A stretch of DNA of 50,874 bases, taken from Bacteroidia bacterium. Its GTDB lineage: Bacteria > Bacteroidota > Bacteroidia > AKYH767-A > OLB10. This document shows, piece after piece, positions 27,699 to 37,890 of this stretch. Position numbers and translations under genes: made by a program. The notes beneath the pieces were generated by a model, which saw only the letters and a list, made by a program, of their open reading frames with translations, was not told the DNA's origin and did not search any database. Numbering within the stretch: position 1 is the first letter of the stretch; each line of letters begins with the position of its first letter. The stretch is from contig JBIOHJ010000003.1 of NCBI GenBank assembly GCA_044448905.1, positions 1 through 50,874 of the forward strand, written 5' to 3'.

Positions 27699-29987
27699 TT
27701 AAAATTCTATTGAAAAAGATAAACCTATATCTATGCCGGGCTCATAAATGTTTATACTTTTTATTAGTGAAAGGTGACTGAAGTAGGCTTTATCTAATAA
27801 ATTATTTGCAAATATTTTCAGCCAGGCATCATGCTTGCCCCATTTAAATTTTCCACCCATCATAAGATCAACAAGTAAATAACTATTGGTTGGTGATTCA
27901 AATTCAGCCACATGCTCTTGTTTTAAATAATCCGATACTGTAACAGATGCAAAGCTCTTACCGAACATCCATATTTTTTTATCTCCTGATATTTTAATGG
28001 TGCCTGAAAATTTATTCGCAGGAATATACGGGAGGTCACCGCCATCTTTCAATTCTCCCAGCACCATTCCATATTGCAGTCTTATATCAAGCCCCTTCAT
28101 TGAAGAGGGGTGCAAATCGGTAATCAGTTCACCACCTTTTAAAGTGGCGTCATGTTGAACATAACGATACACTTTGTAACCGTCTATAGAATCTGAAGTA
28201 GGGTTTAGGTAGATATAATCATTTACCACATTGTAAAATCCGTTTAAAGTAATCCCCGCATTTTCGTTTTCCCATATAATTCCTAAATCAGCCTCATAAT
28301 TCTGCTGCACTTTTAAATCTTCATTGCCAATTTCAAAACGGTAAGTTCCTTCGTGTACTCCATACGTTCCGAGTTCAGCATAATTTGGGGCGCTGAAGCC
28401 ACTGGCGGTATTCAACTTAATTGTAAAATCGTTTGACGGATGAAATGCGATTCCCAGAGAACCGTTTATGGGCGAGTATGATTTTTCAAAATCAAGCATC
28501 GGACGAGGCAACGTGTCTTCAAGATAACTATTTGCCGAAATTTTTCTTGCATCGGCACGAATACCAGCCATAAAATTTATTTTTTCCATATCGTATTTAA
28601 ATACTGCAAACCCGGCAAAATCAGAAACTGTTGCATCGGGTACCAATGATTCGAGTCCTGAATTTTCGTTTTTCTGCGCCATTCCCTGCGAACCAATTGT
28701 TAATGATGCTTTGTTATTCATACTGTACGTATAACGCGCATCATAAGTAAGTACATTTAACTTTAAAGCATACCGCGTGTATTTCTTTTTACCCCCAAGC
28801 GGTTCAAATTCTTTCCGGTCGTTCAACTGGTAGGCAACATTCAATTCCACTTTCGACTTATTCTTCAGATAAATATTTTCAACTGAAAAAATATGAGTGC
28901 CTACATTTTGCATAGGTGCTTCCACTTCAGGCACACGTTGCTCTTCGGCTTCTTTACCTAAAAGGCTGTCGGGTTCAATTTCAATAATACCTATTAATTG
29001 CTGGTAAAAGTTATAAGTAATCTTGCTGCTTCCCCAGTTTTTAAGCCAGCCGGCTGTCAGTTTTGCATTACCGCTTTGGAATTTTGAATTAGCTGCAAAT
29101 GGCTGCCCTCCCAACAACTGAACAGTGTCGGGTAACCCGTTCTTTCCCTGTATATAACTCGTGTGTGAAACACCCCCGCCCCGAAGGGAATAAAAAAATC
29201 CGTTTGATTTTGTTTTAGTAAAACCGCCATTAAGGTTAAAACCCACTGTTCCGGAATGAAAATCAAGCTGCAAATCGCCTTTCTTATGAGCGGGAGCTAA
29301 CGGTTTATCGTCAACAAAAACAAGAGCACCACCGGAAGCATCGGCTCCATAAATTAACGCGGAGGGTCCGTAAACCACCTCGGTATGGCTGACTCCATTT
29401 TCATTAACGCCCAGGTCATGGCGATCGTCCCATTGCTGATTTTCGATGCGCGTTCCCTGCGCGTACAACAAAATCCTGTTGAACGATAGTCCCCTTATTA
29501 CAGGCTTGCCTATTCCATTACCAACAGAAATACGATCAATACCCGCATGTTGCGAAAGCGACTGCATTGAAGAAATTTTTCCCGAATTATCGCGCTCCTC
29601 TTTTGAAAATGTATTTACAGGGAAGGGAATATTATCGGGCAATGCTGATTTATTGGAAGTGATAACAACTTCCTCCAATTCTTTTCCCCCCGGTTCCATT
29701 CTTATTTGAAGAGGGGATGAAGCCTCAGTACCTGAAATGATTTTAACAATGGTTTTATATCCAATAAAAGAAAATTGAATGTGAATTATATTTCCAGAAG
29801 GAAGGGAAATTGAAAATTCTCCCTTATCATTTGTAATTGCGCCCATTTGTGTTTCGGGTAAATACACATTTACACCCGGGAGCGGATGATCCTGCATATT
29901 GGTAACAATACCGGAAATTGTTTGCTGGGCGATACAACTGGAAGAAATTAATGACAGTGTGATTATTATTTTATAAATGGTATTCAT
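27699..29987 (-). CDS. TonB-dependent receptor, probably metal uptake
   Basis: Signal peptide, N-terminal carboxypeptidase-like domain, GKPVIRGL..NR...QQW..RH plug motif, GVHEGT, YFSHLS, C-terminal F. Confidence 0.92.
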   Translation of the reverse strand: MNTIYKIIITLSLISSSCIAQQTISGIVTNMQDHPLPGVNVYLPETQMGAITNDKGEFSISLPSGNIIHIQFSFIGYKTIVKIISGTEASSPLQIRMEPGGKELEEVVITSNKSALPDNIPFPVNTFSKEERDNSGKISSMQSLSQHAGIDRISVGNGIGKPVIRGLSFNRILLYAQGTRIENQQWDDRHDLGVNENGVSHTEVVYGPSALIYGADASGGALVFVDDKPLAPAHKKGDLQLDFHSGTVGFNLNGGFTKTKSNGFFYSLRGGGVSHTSYIQGKNGLPDTVQLLGGQPFAANSKFQSGNAKLTAGWLKNWGSSKITYNFYQQLIGIIEIEPDSLLGKEAEEQRVPEVEAPMQNVGTHIFSVENIYLKNKSKVELNVAYQLNDRKEFEPLGGKKKYTRYALKLNVLTYDARYTYSMNNKASLTIGSQGMAQKNENSGLESLVPDATVSDFAGFAVFKYDMEKINFMAGIRADARKISANSYLEDTLPRPMLDFEKSYSPINGSLGIAFHPSNDFTIKLNTASGFSAPNYAELGTYGVHEGTYRFEIGNEDLKVQQNYEADLGIIWENENAGITLNGFYNVVNDYIYLNPTSDSIDGYKVYRYVQHDATLKGGELITDLHPSSMKGLDIRLQYGMVLGELKDGGDLPYIPANKFSGTIKISGDKKIWMFGKSFASVTVSDYLKQEHVAEFESPTNSYLLVDLMMGGKFKWGKHDAWLKIFANNLLDKAYFSHLSLIKSINIYEPGIDIGLSFSIEF

Positions 29988-30072
29988 GATAGTTTATTTT
30001 TTTAAATAAGAAGTTTAATCAAATACACAATTCAACCGAATATTGAATTGAGAAAAAATTATTTTTAAAAAA

Positions 30073-30594
30073 TTAAACTTCAGGCGGGGGAGAAAACAGT
30101 TGCGTAACGAATGAGGAGAAAACAGGAAAAAGATAACAAGACAATTTCGTGGAATCAAAAAAGAAATTAAGCCGTGAAAATGATTTGCTGATAAACACAC
30201 TGAATTGAAATTTCAATAATTTACCTTTTGCAAAATTGCCGGACTTATTATCGAACATAGATTTTATAAAACAGGAAAGATTGTGGAGCAGCTTTAATTC
30301 ATTTTTGTCTTCCAAGCAAGTAAATTCAATAGACGAACCTTTTTCTTTACGTTGCAAAATATCATACATTTTTTTACGGTATAAGATTTCTTTTCCATTA
30401 TTAAGAAATAAAAAAACTGCCCGATTATTTAATTCATGTTTGGCTATGGTGAGCATTACCGAATTATTTTTACCCACTTCATGATTGAAAATTAAAAAAC
30501 GATTTACTACAGTTGCAAATTGAATAACCATGCTATGAAAAAGCACCTGGTATGCAATGGCAAGCAAAAGAATAAATGCAGTAAATTTTTTCAA
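30073..30594 (-). CDS. Hypothetical exported protein with C-terminal FSPPP, upstream of the TonB receptor
   Basis: N-terminal hydrophobic segment; EILYRKKMYDI, CLEDKNELKL; ends LFSPPPEV; TTG start. Confidence 0.72.
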   Translation of the reverse strand: MKKFTAFILLLAIAYQVLFHSMVIQFATVVNRFLIFNHEVGKNNSVMLTIAKHELNNRAVFLFLNNGKEILYRKKMYDILQRKEKGSSIEFTCLEDKNELKLLHNLSCFIKSMFDNKSGNFAKGKLLKFQFSVFISKSFSRLNFFFDSTKLSCYLFPVFSSFVTQLFSPPPEV

Positions 30595-30660
30595 AGCGTC
30601 AAATCTTTGTGTAAAAGTAAAATTATTTGAATCATTTTTATTTATGTTTACAAAACTTTT

Positions 30661-30864
30661 ATGACCGACAAAAGACGATATACCCTTACGGCAATTTCAC
30701 TTACAATAGGGCTGGCAATGTCCGTTCTTATCTTTTATATAAAGAGAGGTACGTTCGATAATCAGACATGGCTGTTTTTCGGAACAGTAATGGGATATTC
30801 AATTTTAATTGTGTTTGGAATTGGCTGGTTCCTTCAACGAAGAAGCAAAAAGAAAAATCAATGA
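30661..30864 (+). CDS. Small two-TM membrane protein
   Basis: Two hydrophobic helices and a basic tail; fills the gap between flanking genes. Confidence 0.65.
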   Translation: MTDKRRYTLTAISLTIGLAMSVLIFYIKRGTFDNQTWLFFGTVMGYSILIVFGIGWFLQRRSKKKNQ

Positions 30865-32135
30865 GCCTTTACTAAAAAATAATTTTTCTTTCCTTTTTGT
30901 ACCAGCAGGTATTTATTATTCAAAAGCTCGGATGAGGTAATATTGTGGTTAATATCGGAAATTTTAGTTTTATTGACACTAACTCCCCCTGCCTGAATCA
31001 TTTTACGAGCCTCACCCCTAGATGGAAAAATATTTGTTTTTTCCGCAAGCAATTCAATCAAATTAATTCCGTCAGAAAAAATACTTTTATCCACTTCCGA
31101 TTGCGGAACCCCTTCCATCACATCAAGCAACATTCCTTCTGAAAGAGTTTTTAGTTTTTCTGTTGCCGAATTGCCGAACAGAATTTCAGAAGCTTCAACG
31201 GCCGTTTCATAATCTTTTTCTGAATGTACTCTTATGGTAATATCTTTTGCCAATGTTTTTTGAAGAACGCGGAAATGAGGATCAGTGGCATGCGTTGCTT
31301 GCAACAAATCAACCTCTTCGTTATTCAACATTGTAAAAATACGGATGTAGTTAGCAGCATCTTCATCGGATGCATTCAGCCAGAACTGGTAAAATTTATA
31401 AGGCGAAGTCCTTTTTGCATCAAGCCACACATTTCCTGTTTCGGTTTTGCCGAATTTATTTCTATCAGCTTTTGTAATAAGATTTGTAGTTAATGCAAAC
31501 GCTTCACCTCCATCCTTTCTTCGAATCAATTCTGTTCCGGTTACAATATTTCCCCATTGATCGCTTCCGCCCATTTGAAGCTTTACATTTTTATTTTTCC
31601 ATAAATAATAAAAATCGTAAGCCTGCACAAGCTGATAAGAAAATTCAGTAAAAGATATTCCGGATTCGAGACGGCTCTGAACAGAATCTTTCGACATCAT
31701 ATAACTGATGGTGATATGTTTCCCAATGTCCCGAATAAATTCAAGGAAATTAAAACTCTTAAGCCAGTCATAGTTGTTTACAATTTCAGCCGAACTAACT
31801 CCACAATTGAAGTCAAGAAATTTTTCCAATTGTTTTTTCTGGCATAACAGGTTATGCTCCAAAATATCTTCTGACAATAAATTTCTTTCCTGCGATTTTC
31901 CAGAAGGGTCGCCTACCATACCTGTCGCCCCGCCAACCAATGCAATGGGTTTGTGACCGGCTCTTTGAAAATGTAACAGTGTCATTATTTGTGCGAGGCT
32001 TCCCACATGAAGCGAATCGGCAGTGGGATCAAAGCCGATGTAACCGGCAACAGATTCTTTTTGCAATAACTCTTCCGTGCCGGGCATGATGTCATGCAGC
32101 ATTCCGCGCCATCGAAGTTCTTCAACAAAGTTCAT
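30858..32135 (-). CDS. tyrS: Tyrosine--tRNA ligase
   Basis: [32 protein letters not shown]-terminal S4-like domain; start placed at ATG 32135. Confidence 0.98.
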   Translation of the reverse strand: MNFVEELRWRGMLHDIMPGTEELLQKESVAGYIGFDPTADSLHVGSLAQIMTLLHFQRAGHKPIALVGGATGMVGDPSGKSQERNLLSEDILEHNLLCQKKQLEKFLDFNCGVSSAEIVNNYDWLKSFNFLEFIRDIGKHITISYMMSKDSVQSRLESGISFTEFSYQLVQAYDFYYLWKNKNVKLQMGGSDQWGNIVTGTELIRRKDGGEAFALTTNLITKADRNKFGKTETGNVWLDAKRTSPYKFYQFWLNASDEDAANYIRIFTMLNNEEVDLLQATHATDPHFRVLQKTLAKDITIRVHSEKDYETAVEASEILFGNSATEKLKTLSEGMLLDVMEGVPQSEVDKSIFSDGINLIELLAEKTNIFPSRGEARKMIQAGGVSVNKTKISDINHNITSSELLNNKYLLVQKGKKNYFLVKAH

Positions 32136-32217
32136 TGCAGAATTTTTTTTTGCGAAGATAGGAATTTGATGTACTGATGTGCTGATTAACAAATTGGCAA
32201 ATTAATACTTTTACGGA

Positions 32218-33219
32218 ATGATACTGGTAACAGGCGCAACCGGGTTAGTGGGTTCACATCTTTTGCTCGATTTGGTTTTGAAAGGCGAAAAAGTAAGAGC
32301 GTTGAAAAGAACAAACTCTGATTTAACTCATGTTGTGAATCTTTTTTCCTCACATGCAGGTTTGCTTGAAACTATTGAATGGGCTGATGGTGATGTGCTC
32401 GATATTTTTTCGCTTGGAGAAGCATTTAAAGGGATTAAAAAAGTATATCACTGCGCAGCTTTTGTTTCGTTTCTTCCGCAAGAAGCGGAACTGATGCTAA
32501 AAACAAATATTGACGGAACTGCTAACGTGGTAAATCTTTGTTTGGAAAACAAAATGGAAAAACTTTGTCATGTTAGTTCGGTAGCTGCAATTAACCGGAT
32601 TAATGAAGATGAAATAATTGATGAAAATACGCAGTGGAAAATATCAAAACAAAATTCAAATTATGCCATCAGCAAGTATGGTGCTGAACGGGAAGTGTGG
32701 AGAGGAATTGGAGAAGGGCTCAATGCAGTAATTGTAAATCCAACCATCATTATCGGACCTGGTAACTGGAAAACCGGAAGCACTGTTATGTTTCATGAGG
32801 TGTGGAAAGGGTTAAAATTTTACACCAATGGCGCTATGGGTTTTGTTGATGTGAAAGATGTAACAAAAGCAATGGTTGCTTTGATGGAAAGCAGTATTTC
32901 GAACGAACGGTTCATTATCAATTCCGAAAATTTGACTTTCAGGAAAGTGTTTGACTGGATTGCCGAAGGCCTGAATAAGCCAAAGCCTTCTGTTTATGCT
33001 AATGGCTTTTTGCGTGGAGTGGCTTGGAGAACTGAGGCTGTGAAAAATATTATGTTCAAAACACATCCGCTAATTACCAAAGAAACTGCTTTGTCAGCCG
33101 GGAAGAAAGTGCTGTTTTCGAATGAGAAAATAAAAAAAGAAATTGGAATTAACTTTACCCCTGTAAAAGATTCGGTAAACAGAACGTGTGAAGTTTTTTT
33201 GAGGGAAAGAAAAACTTAA
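32218..33219 (+). CDS. NAD-dependent epimerase/dehydratase
   Basis: ILVTGATGLVG, YHCAA, HVSSVAA, YAISK catalytic motif. Confidence 0.93.
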   Translation: MILVTGATGLVGSHLLLDLVLKGEKVRALKRTNSDLTHVVNLFSSHAGLLETIEWADGDVLDIFSLGEAFKGIKKVYHCAAFVSFLPQEAELMLKTNIDGTANVVNLCLENKMEKLCHVSSVAAINRINEDEIIDENTQWKISKQNSNYAISKYGAEREVWRGIGEGLNAVIVNPTIIIGPGNWKTGSTVMFHEVWKGLKFYTNGAMGFVDVKDVTKAMVALMESSISNERFIINSENLTFRKVFDWIAEGLNKPKPSVYANGFLRGVAWRTEAVKNIMFKTHPLITKETALSAGKKVLFSNEKIKKEIGINFTPVKDSVNRTCEVFLRERKT

Positions 33220-34266
33220 CTACTCCTCTGCAAGAATTTTCATAAGGTTAGGCCTCAGCCTGCTCTTATAAATGTTTTTCAAATCACCTTCCTTCTTATT
33301 CCCCTTGCGGAGTTTTTTTTGCTCATCAATAGGAAGCGAAACAAAATCTGTGCAACGATTGGTGCAGCAGCCATTCATCTTTTCTTTGCAGTCATCACAT
33401 TGAATGAAAAGTAAATGGCATTCGTTATTAGCACAGTTCACATGATTATCGCAAGGTTTCCCGCACTGGTGGCAAACGCTTATTATTTCATCGGTAATCC
33501 GCTCTCCCAATCTGTCATCAAACACAAAATTTTTTCCGATAAATTTTGAAGAAAGATTTTTTTCTTTCACTTCATGTGCATAGGCAATGATGCCTCCATA
33601 CAACTGGTTCACGTCATTAAATCCATGGTGCCTGAAATATGCGCTTGCTTTTTCGCAACGTATTCCGCCCGTGCAATAGAGAAGTATTTTATTTTCTTCT
33701 TTTCCTTTTGCCATTTCAACTGCTTTAGGTAAAGCATCCCGAAAAGTATCGGCATCAGGACAAAGCGCGTTTTCGAATTTTCCTACTTCGCTTTCGTAAT
33801 GATTGCGCATGTCAATCACAATTGTATTTTTATTTTCTAAAGCCTCATTGAATTCTGTTGCTGATAAATGCTTGCCCACGTTGGTAACATCAAAAGAATT
33901 ATCCCGCAAACCGTCAGCTACAATTTTATTTTTTATACGGACAATTAATTTGTAAAAAGATTTACCATCATCTTCAACTGCAATTTTAAATTGAACATCC
34001 CTTAGCTTTAAATTTTGCTTAATGATTTCTTCAAATTTTTTCCAGCTATGTGCAGGCACACTAATCTGAGCATTAATGCCTTCGTGAGCTAAATAAACTC
34101 TTCCAAAAATATTCAGCGAATCAAAATCGAGAAAAAGATTGTTGCGGAAAATCTCGACATTATCAATTTTCACATAACGGTAAAAAGAAAGTGTGATACG
34201 ATTGAACGGTTCGTTCATTAACCGCTTACGCAACTCTTCTTTACCGATTTTGTTGTAAAGCTGCAT
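33220..34266 (-). CDS. trhO: Rhodanese-domain tRNA uridine(34) hydroxylase (YceA family)
   Basis: [48 protein letters not shown], Cys-rich tail. Confidence 0.92.
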   Translation of the reverse strand: MQLYNKIGKEELRKRLMNEPFNRITLSFYRYVKIDNVEIFRNNLFLDFDSLNIFGRVYLAHEGINAQISVPAHSWKKFEEIIKQNLKLRDVQFKIAVEDDGKSFYKLIVRIKNKIVADGLRDNSFDVTNVGKHLSATEFNEALENKNTIVIDMRNHYESEVGKFENALCPDADTFRDALPKAVEMAKGKEENKILLYCTGGIRCEKASAYFRHHGFNDVNQLYGGIIAYAHEVKEKNLSSKFIGKNFVFDDRLGERITDEIISVCHQCGKPCDNHVNCANNECHLLFIQCDDCKEKMNGCCTNRCTDFVSLPIDEQKKLRKGNKKEGDLKNIYKSRLRPNLMKILAEE

Positions 34267-34296
34267 GACAGTTGTAGTAGTAAGTTGAAAAAAGAA

Positions 34297-34527
34297 TTAC
34301 TCCTTCTTGCGGTGTTTAAAATAGATGTATGCAGCTACGCCTCCCATCAGGTAGGGCACCGACATGAGATAAAGAATGCCCGAGTTCAATCCCCTGCCTA
34401 TTTTATTTTTTCCGGATTTAAGATTTGATTCGGCATTGGCGCGGCACATAGCGCATTGCGCGCTGACATCGGATGTAAGAATAAAAAAGATTGCACTCAA
34501 AGAAATTAACCGCTTCAGGTTTTTCAT
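34297..34527 (-). CDS. Small exported/membrane protein with QCAMC motif
   Basis: Signal peptide ending VSA, then QCAMC; GLNSGILYLM..PY TM helix; start placed at ATG 34527. Confidence 0.8.
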   Translation of the reverse strand: MKNLKRLISLSAIFFILTSDVSAQCAMCRANAESNLKSGKNKIGRGLNSGILYLMSVPYLMGGVAAYIYFKHRKKE

Positions 34528-34546
34528 AGAGCAAAGATAAAAAATT

Positions 34547-34594
34547 GCCACTGATTACACAGATTTACGCTGATTAATTAGTGTAATCTGTGGC
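34547..34594. repeat. Imperfect inverted repeat built from CACWGATT units
   Basis: GCCACTGATTACACAGATTTACGCTGATT-AATTAGTGTAATCTGTGGC; same family as 3777-3830. Confidence 0.85.
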
Positions 34595-34595
34595 T

Positions 34596-35123
34596 TCAAA
34601 ACTGGTAATAAGGTGAAATCATCAGGTAAACTATGACTCCTGTTACCGCCACGTACAACCAAATAGGAAACGACCAGCGTGTTAGTTTACGATGGCGTTT
34701 TACCTGCATGGTTAATCCCAGGTAGAATGAAATCAGCACCAAAGGCATTACGCAGGCTGCCAGGATAATATGAGATATGAGAATAAAAAGGTAAAACGGT
34801 CTCAAAGGATTGTCTGCAGGAAATTTTGTTTCTACCCCGAACGAGTGCCATGTTACATACGAAATCAGGAAAAGACAGGAGAGAAAAAATGCAGTGATGT
34901 TTAATTTTTTATGAATGTCGATCCGTTTTCTTTTAATGTTATAAAACGAAATGAGAAGAATAATGGCAGTAATTCCGTTGATGATGGAATTAAATGCAGG
35001 GAGATACTTTACAAATTCAGGTATATGTGCAGCTTTCGGTAACTGCGATAGAACTACAATGGTAAGAAATACCAATACCGAAACTAAAATGATAATCCGA
35101 AAGATGTTTTTTTCTGATTTCAA
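34596..35123 (-). CDS. DUF420 (CtaM/YozB-like) membrane protein
   Basis: LPAFNSIING, HKKLN, FLISYV..H, ILISHIILA, HRKL.RW.FPIWLYVAVTGVIVY. Confidence 0.92.
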   Translation of the reverse strand: MKSEKNIFRIIILVSVLVFLTIVVLSQLPKAAHIPEFVKYLPAFNSIINGITAIILLISFYNIKRKRIDIHKKLNITAFFLSCLFLISYVTWHSFGVETKFPADNPLRPFYLFILISHIILAACVMPLVLISFYLGLTMQVKRHRKLTRWSFPIWLYVAVTGVIVYLMISPYYQF

Positions 35124-35323
35124 TGGTTTAAGTGATATTTCATCATATTTAGGTTAATTATATCTATATTTTAGTAGTATTTATTCAATTTTTGTATATA
35201 TTAAGCAATTTTTTGACAATAATATGTAAATTATCATATATAATACAGTAATTAATCACAAATTTTGATATCTACCCGCAACTTTTAGGTAGTTATCCGG
35301 ATACTTAACTTCTAAAAGAACTT

Positions 35324-35998
35324 TTATTTTTTCTCTTTATACTCATTCATCAGTACCAGCACTTCATCCATCAGGCGGCTTACTTCCGCGCGATCGGTTC
35401 CGTCATAAAAACCTCTTATTCTTCCGTCTTTATCAATCAAAGCAAACTGCTCGCTGTGGATAAAATCATCGGGACCGCCATCACCTTTCATGGCTGTGGC
35501 AAAATAACTGGTGCGAGCCAAATCATAAATTTGTTTTTTATCTCCGGTAAGGAAAAACCATTTGTCTTTAATGGCATGATGTTTCTGCGCGTAATCAAAG
35601 AGCACCGTTACCGAATCACCTTCGGGATTTACCGTATGAGAAAGAATTACAAAGTCAGAATCGTTTTTAAATTTATCCTGCACCCGTTCCAGTTGGTCCG
35701 ACATTTTCGGACAAATGGTTTTACATGTTGCAAAAAAGAAATCAGCAACATAAATTTTATTTGCAACCAAATCTTTTGAAACAGTTCTTCCATATTGATC
35801 GGTTAAAGAAAAATTTCCTATGGTATGATAAATCGTATCCGGAATTCCGTTTGTTGAAGTGGCAGAAATTTCTTTCGGTCCGAATATCTCAAGATGTTTA
35901 AAATTATTTTTTCCGGTCCGGATGACAAGATAAAAAACCGAAGGAATAATTAAAATGCTTGCAACAACCAGGATTCTTTTAAATCCCTGCACATTCAT
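35324..35998 (-). CDS. SCO-family copper chaperone
   Basis: FFFATCKTICPKM (CxxxC), FIHSEQFALID..GRIRGFYDG. Confidence 0.95.
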   Translation of the reverse strand: MNVQGFKRILVVASILIIPSVFYLVIRTGKNNFKHLEIFGPKEISATSTNGIPDTIYHTIGNFSLTDQYGRTVSKDLVANKIYVADFFFATCKTICPKMSDQLERVQDKFKNDSDFVILSHTVNPEGDSVTVLFDYAQKHHAIKDKWFFLTGDKKQIYDLARTSYFATAMKGDGGPDDFIHSEQFALIDKDGRIRGFYDGTDRAEVSRLMDEVLVLMNEYKEKK

Positions 35999-36009
35999 TG
36001 ATGGGAAAT

Positions 36010-36372
36010 TTATTTAACGAAATGTAAGTAAACGCCTTCTGCCAACGCAATAAAAATCAAATACACTATTAAGAGAAAAGGTAAAAGAATAGTATACTTG
36101 AAAGTAAATTTTTCGTGAAACAGGTGCATAAAAAAACCTACAATATAACCGGCTTTAACAATTGTCAGCGTAACAAACGTCCATTGAAGAATCTCTTTAT
36201 TTATGGGCGCAAACGAAATGGCGACTTCAAAAATAGTGATGACTAATAAAATCCAGAATGTGCGCCAGATAACTTTCTTGGCATTGGGTGTTTCGTGCTC
36301 TTCCACATACTGGTTGTGAATATCACCGGTGTAATATCCTTTTAGCTCGTGATGTTCTTTGTGTTCAGACAT
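36010..36372 (-). CDS. Cytochrome c oxidase subunit IV family protein
   Basis: IWRTFWILLVITIFEV, LTIVKAGYIVGFFMHL.HE. Confidence 0.9.
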   Translation of the reverse strand: MSEHKEHHELKGYYTGDIHNQYVEEHETPNAKKVIWRTFWILLVITIFEVAISFAPINKEILQWTFVTLTIVKAGYIVGFFMHLFHEKFTFKYTILLPFLLIVYLIFIALAEGVYLHFVK

Positions 36373-36387
36373 GAGGATTAATTTTTT

Positions 36388-37206
36388 TTAAACAAGATAA
36401 AAGAAAGTGAATACAAATACCCACACCAAATCCACGAAGTGCCAGTACAAGCCGGCTTTTTCCACCTGTTCATAATGCCCCCTTCGAATATAGGTTCCAT
36501 TTAAGACAAGCAGCAGGATTATAATATTAATGACAACTCCTGAGAATACATGGAAGCCGTGAAAGCCGGTTATGAAGAAAAAGAAATTGGAAAACAACGG
36601 AGTATTGCCATATTCGTTTTCAACAAGATTGGCTCCAATGATATTTTTCTTGGCGGTTGCAATTAATTGCTGCGCCTCTGCACCTTCGTAAATGGTTTTT
36701 TCTTTATTCTGCCAGATAAATATTTTTCCCGGTTCTAAATCATCGGTTCGCGCAAAACGGCCATCGGCAAGAATGTATGCTCCTTTTTCAGATCCGTGAA
36801 TAAAATGATACCATTCCCATGCCTGGGAACCAACGAATATCGCACCGCCCAAAATAGTCAGGGCAAGCCATACAATAACTCCCTTGTTGCTTCTGCGATG
36901 GCCGGCTTCAACTGCAAGCACCATTGTTACCGAACTCATGATGAGGTCAAATGTCATGAAACCTACATAAGCCAACGGCACGTGCCCGTGAATAAATGGG
37001 AAGTGCGTAAATACATCGCCAGGCGCAGGCCATATATCGGTAAAACGATGGCGCAATGTGCCGTAAGCCACCAGCAGTGTTGAAAATGTAAATGCATCGG
37101 AAATTAAAAAAAACCACATGAACATCTTACCCCAACTCACATTGAAAGGCGAAATTCCGCCTCCCCATGTTTTACTCGGCTTTTTGTATACGGCTGTTGC
37201 TGACAT
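36388..37206 (-). CDS. Cytochrome c oxidase subunit III family protein
   Basis: MWFFLISDAFTF, SSVTMVLAV, FFFITGFHGFHV, GLYWHFVDLVWVFVF. Confidence 0.95.
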   Translation of the reverse strand: MSATAVYKKPSKTWGGGISPFNVSWGKMFMWFFLISDAFTFSTLLVAYGTLRHRFTDIWPAPGDVFTHFPFIHGHVPLAYVGFMTFDLIMSSVTMVLAVEAGHRRSNKGVIVWLALTILGGAIFVGSQAWEWYHFIHGSEKGAYILADGRFARTDDLEPGKIFIWQNKEKTIYEGAEAQQLIATAKKNIIGANLVENEYGNTPLFSNFFFFITGFHGFHVFSGVVINIIILLLVLNGTYIRRGHYEQVEKAGLYWHFVDLVWVFVFTFFYLV

Positions 37207-37305
37207 AAATTAAAATAGTGAGTTTAGATTCGGTTTAATAAAAAGCGCTGCAAATATTTAATTTTTTTTCTGATTACGCAATTTAAGTGCAAATAAATAT
37301 TTTGT

Positions 37306-37884
37306 TTAACGGATTACAAGTAAGAATATAAACAAATATACCCATAGAATATCAAGGAAATGCCAATAGATAGAACATAGCTGAACCTGCAGGCTATTTT
37401 CGGAATTATACCTGTTCATTAGCGATTTGGTAATAACCACAAGCAGGTAAATAATTCCTCCAGCCAAGTGAGCAAGGTGAAGCCCGGTTAATACATACAG
37501 GAACGAGCCGGAGGGATTTCCCACAAAAAATATTTTCTCCTCAACAAGTTTCGACCAACCAAGGAACTGAGAAAAGGAAAAAGCCAGACCCAGCCCTAGT
37601 GTAATGATAAGTCCCGTCAGGAGGTTTTTTGTTTGATTTTTCCTTATAGAATATAGCGCCCATTGCATTGAACCGCTGCTTACCAAAAGAAATGCAGTAG
37701 ACAAATAAAATACCTTGGGTAATTCAAAATGCACCCAGTTTCCTTCGGCTTGCCTCACAATGTAGGCGCTGGTAAGCCCCGCAAAAAGCATTATGATGGA
37801 TGCAAGAATAATCCATAAGAAAAGTTTTGAAGTAGGAATACCAGTATAAGTAGGATCTTTCTGTTCTATCGCCACAGCAGTCAT
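37306..37884 (-). CDS. Cytochrome c oxidase subunit III family protein (second paralog)
   Basis: MLFAGLTSAY, SFLYVLTGLHLAH, YWHFLDILW. Confidence 0.94.
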   Translation of the reverse strand: MTAVAIEQKDPTYTGIPTSKLFLWIILASIIMLFAGLTSAYIVRQAEGNWVHFELPKVFYLSTAFLLVSSGSMQWALYSIRKNQTKNLLTGLIITLGLGLAFSFSQFLGWSKLVEEKIFFVGNPSGSFLYVLTGLHLAHLAGGIIYLLVVITKSLMNRYNSENSLQVQLCSIYWHFLDILWVYLFIFLLVIR

Positions 37885-37890
37885 CGTATT

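Noticed and set aside
35132-35159. dif-like site (TTAGGTTAATT resembles a XerD arm)
   Set aside because: The XerC-side arm does not match and the similarity is easily due to AT richness.
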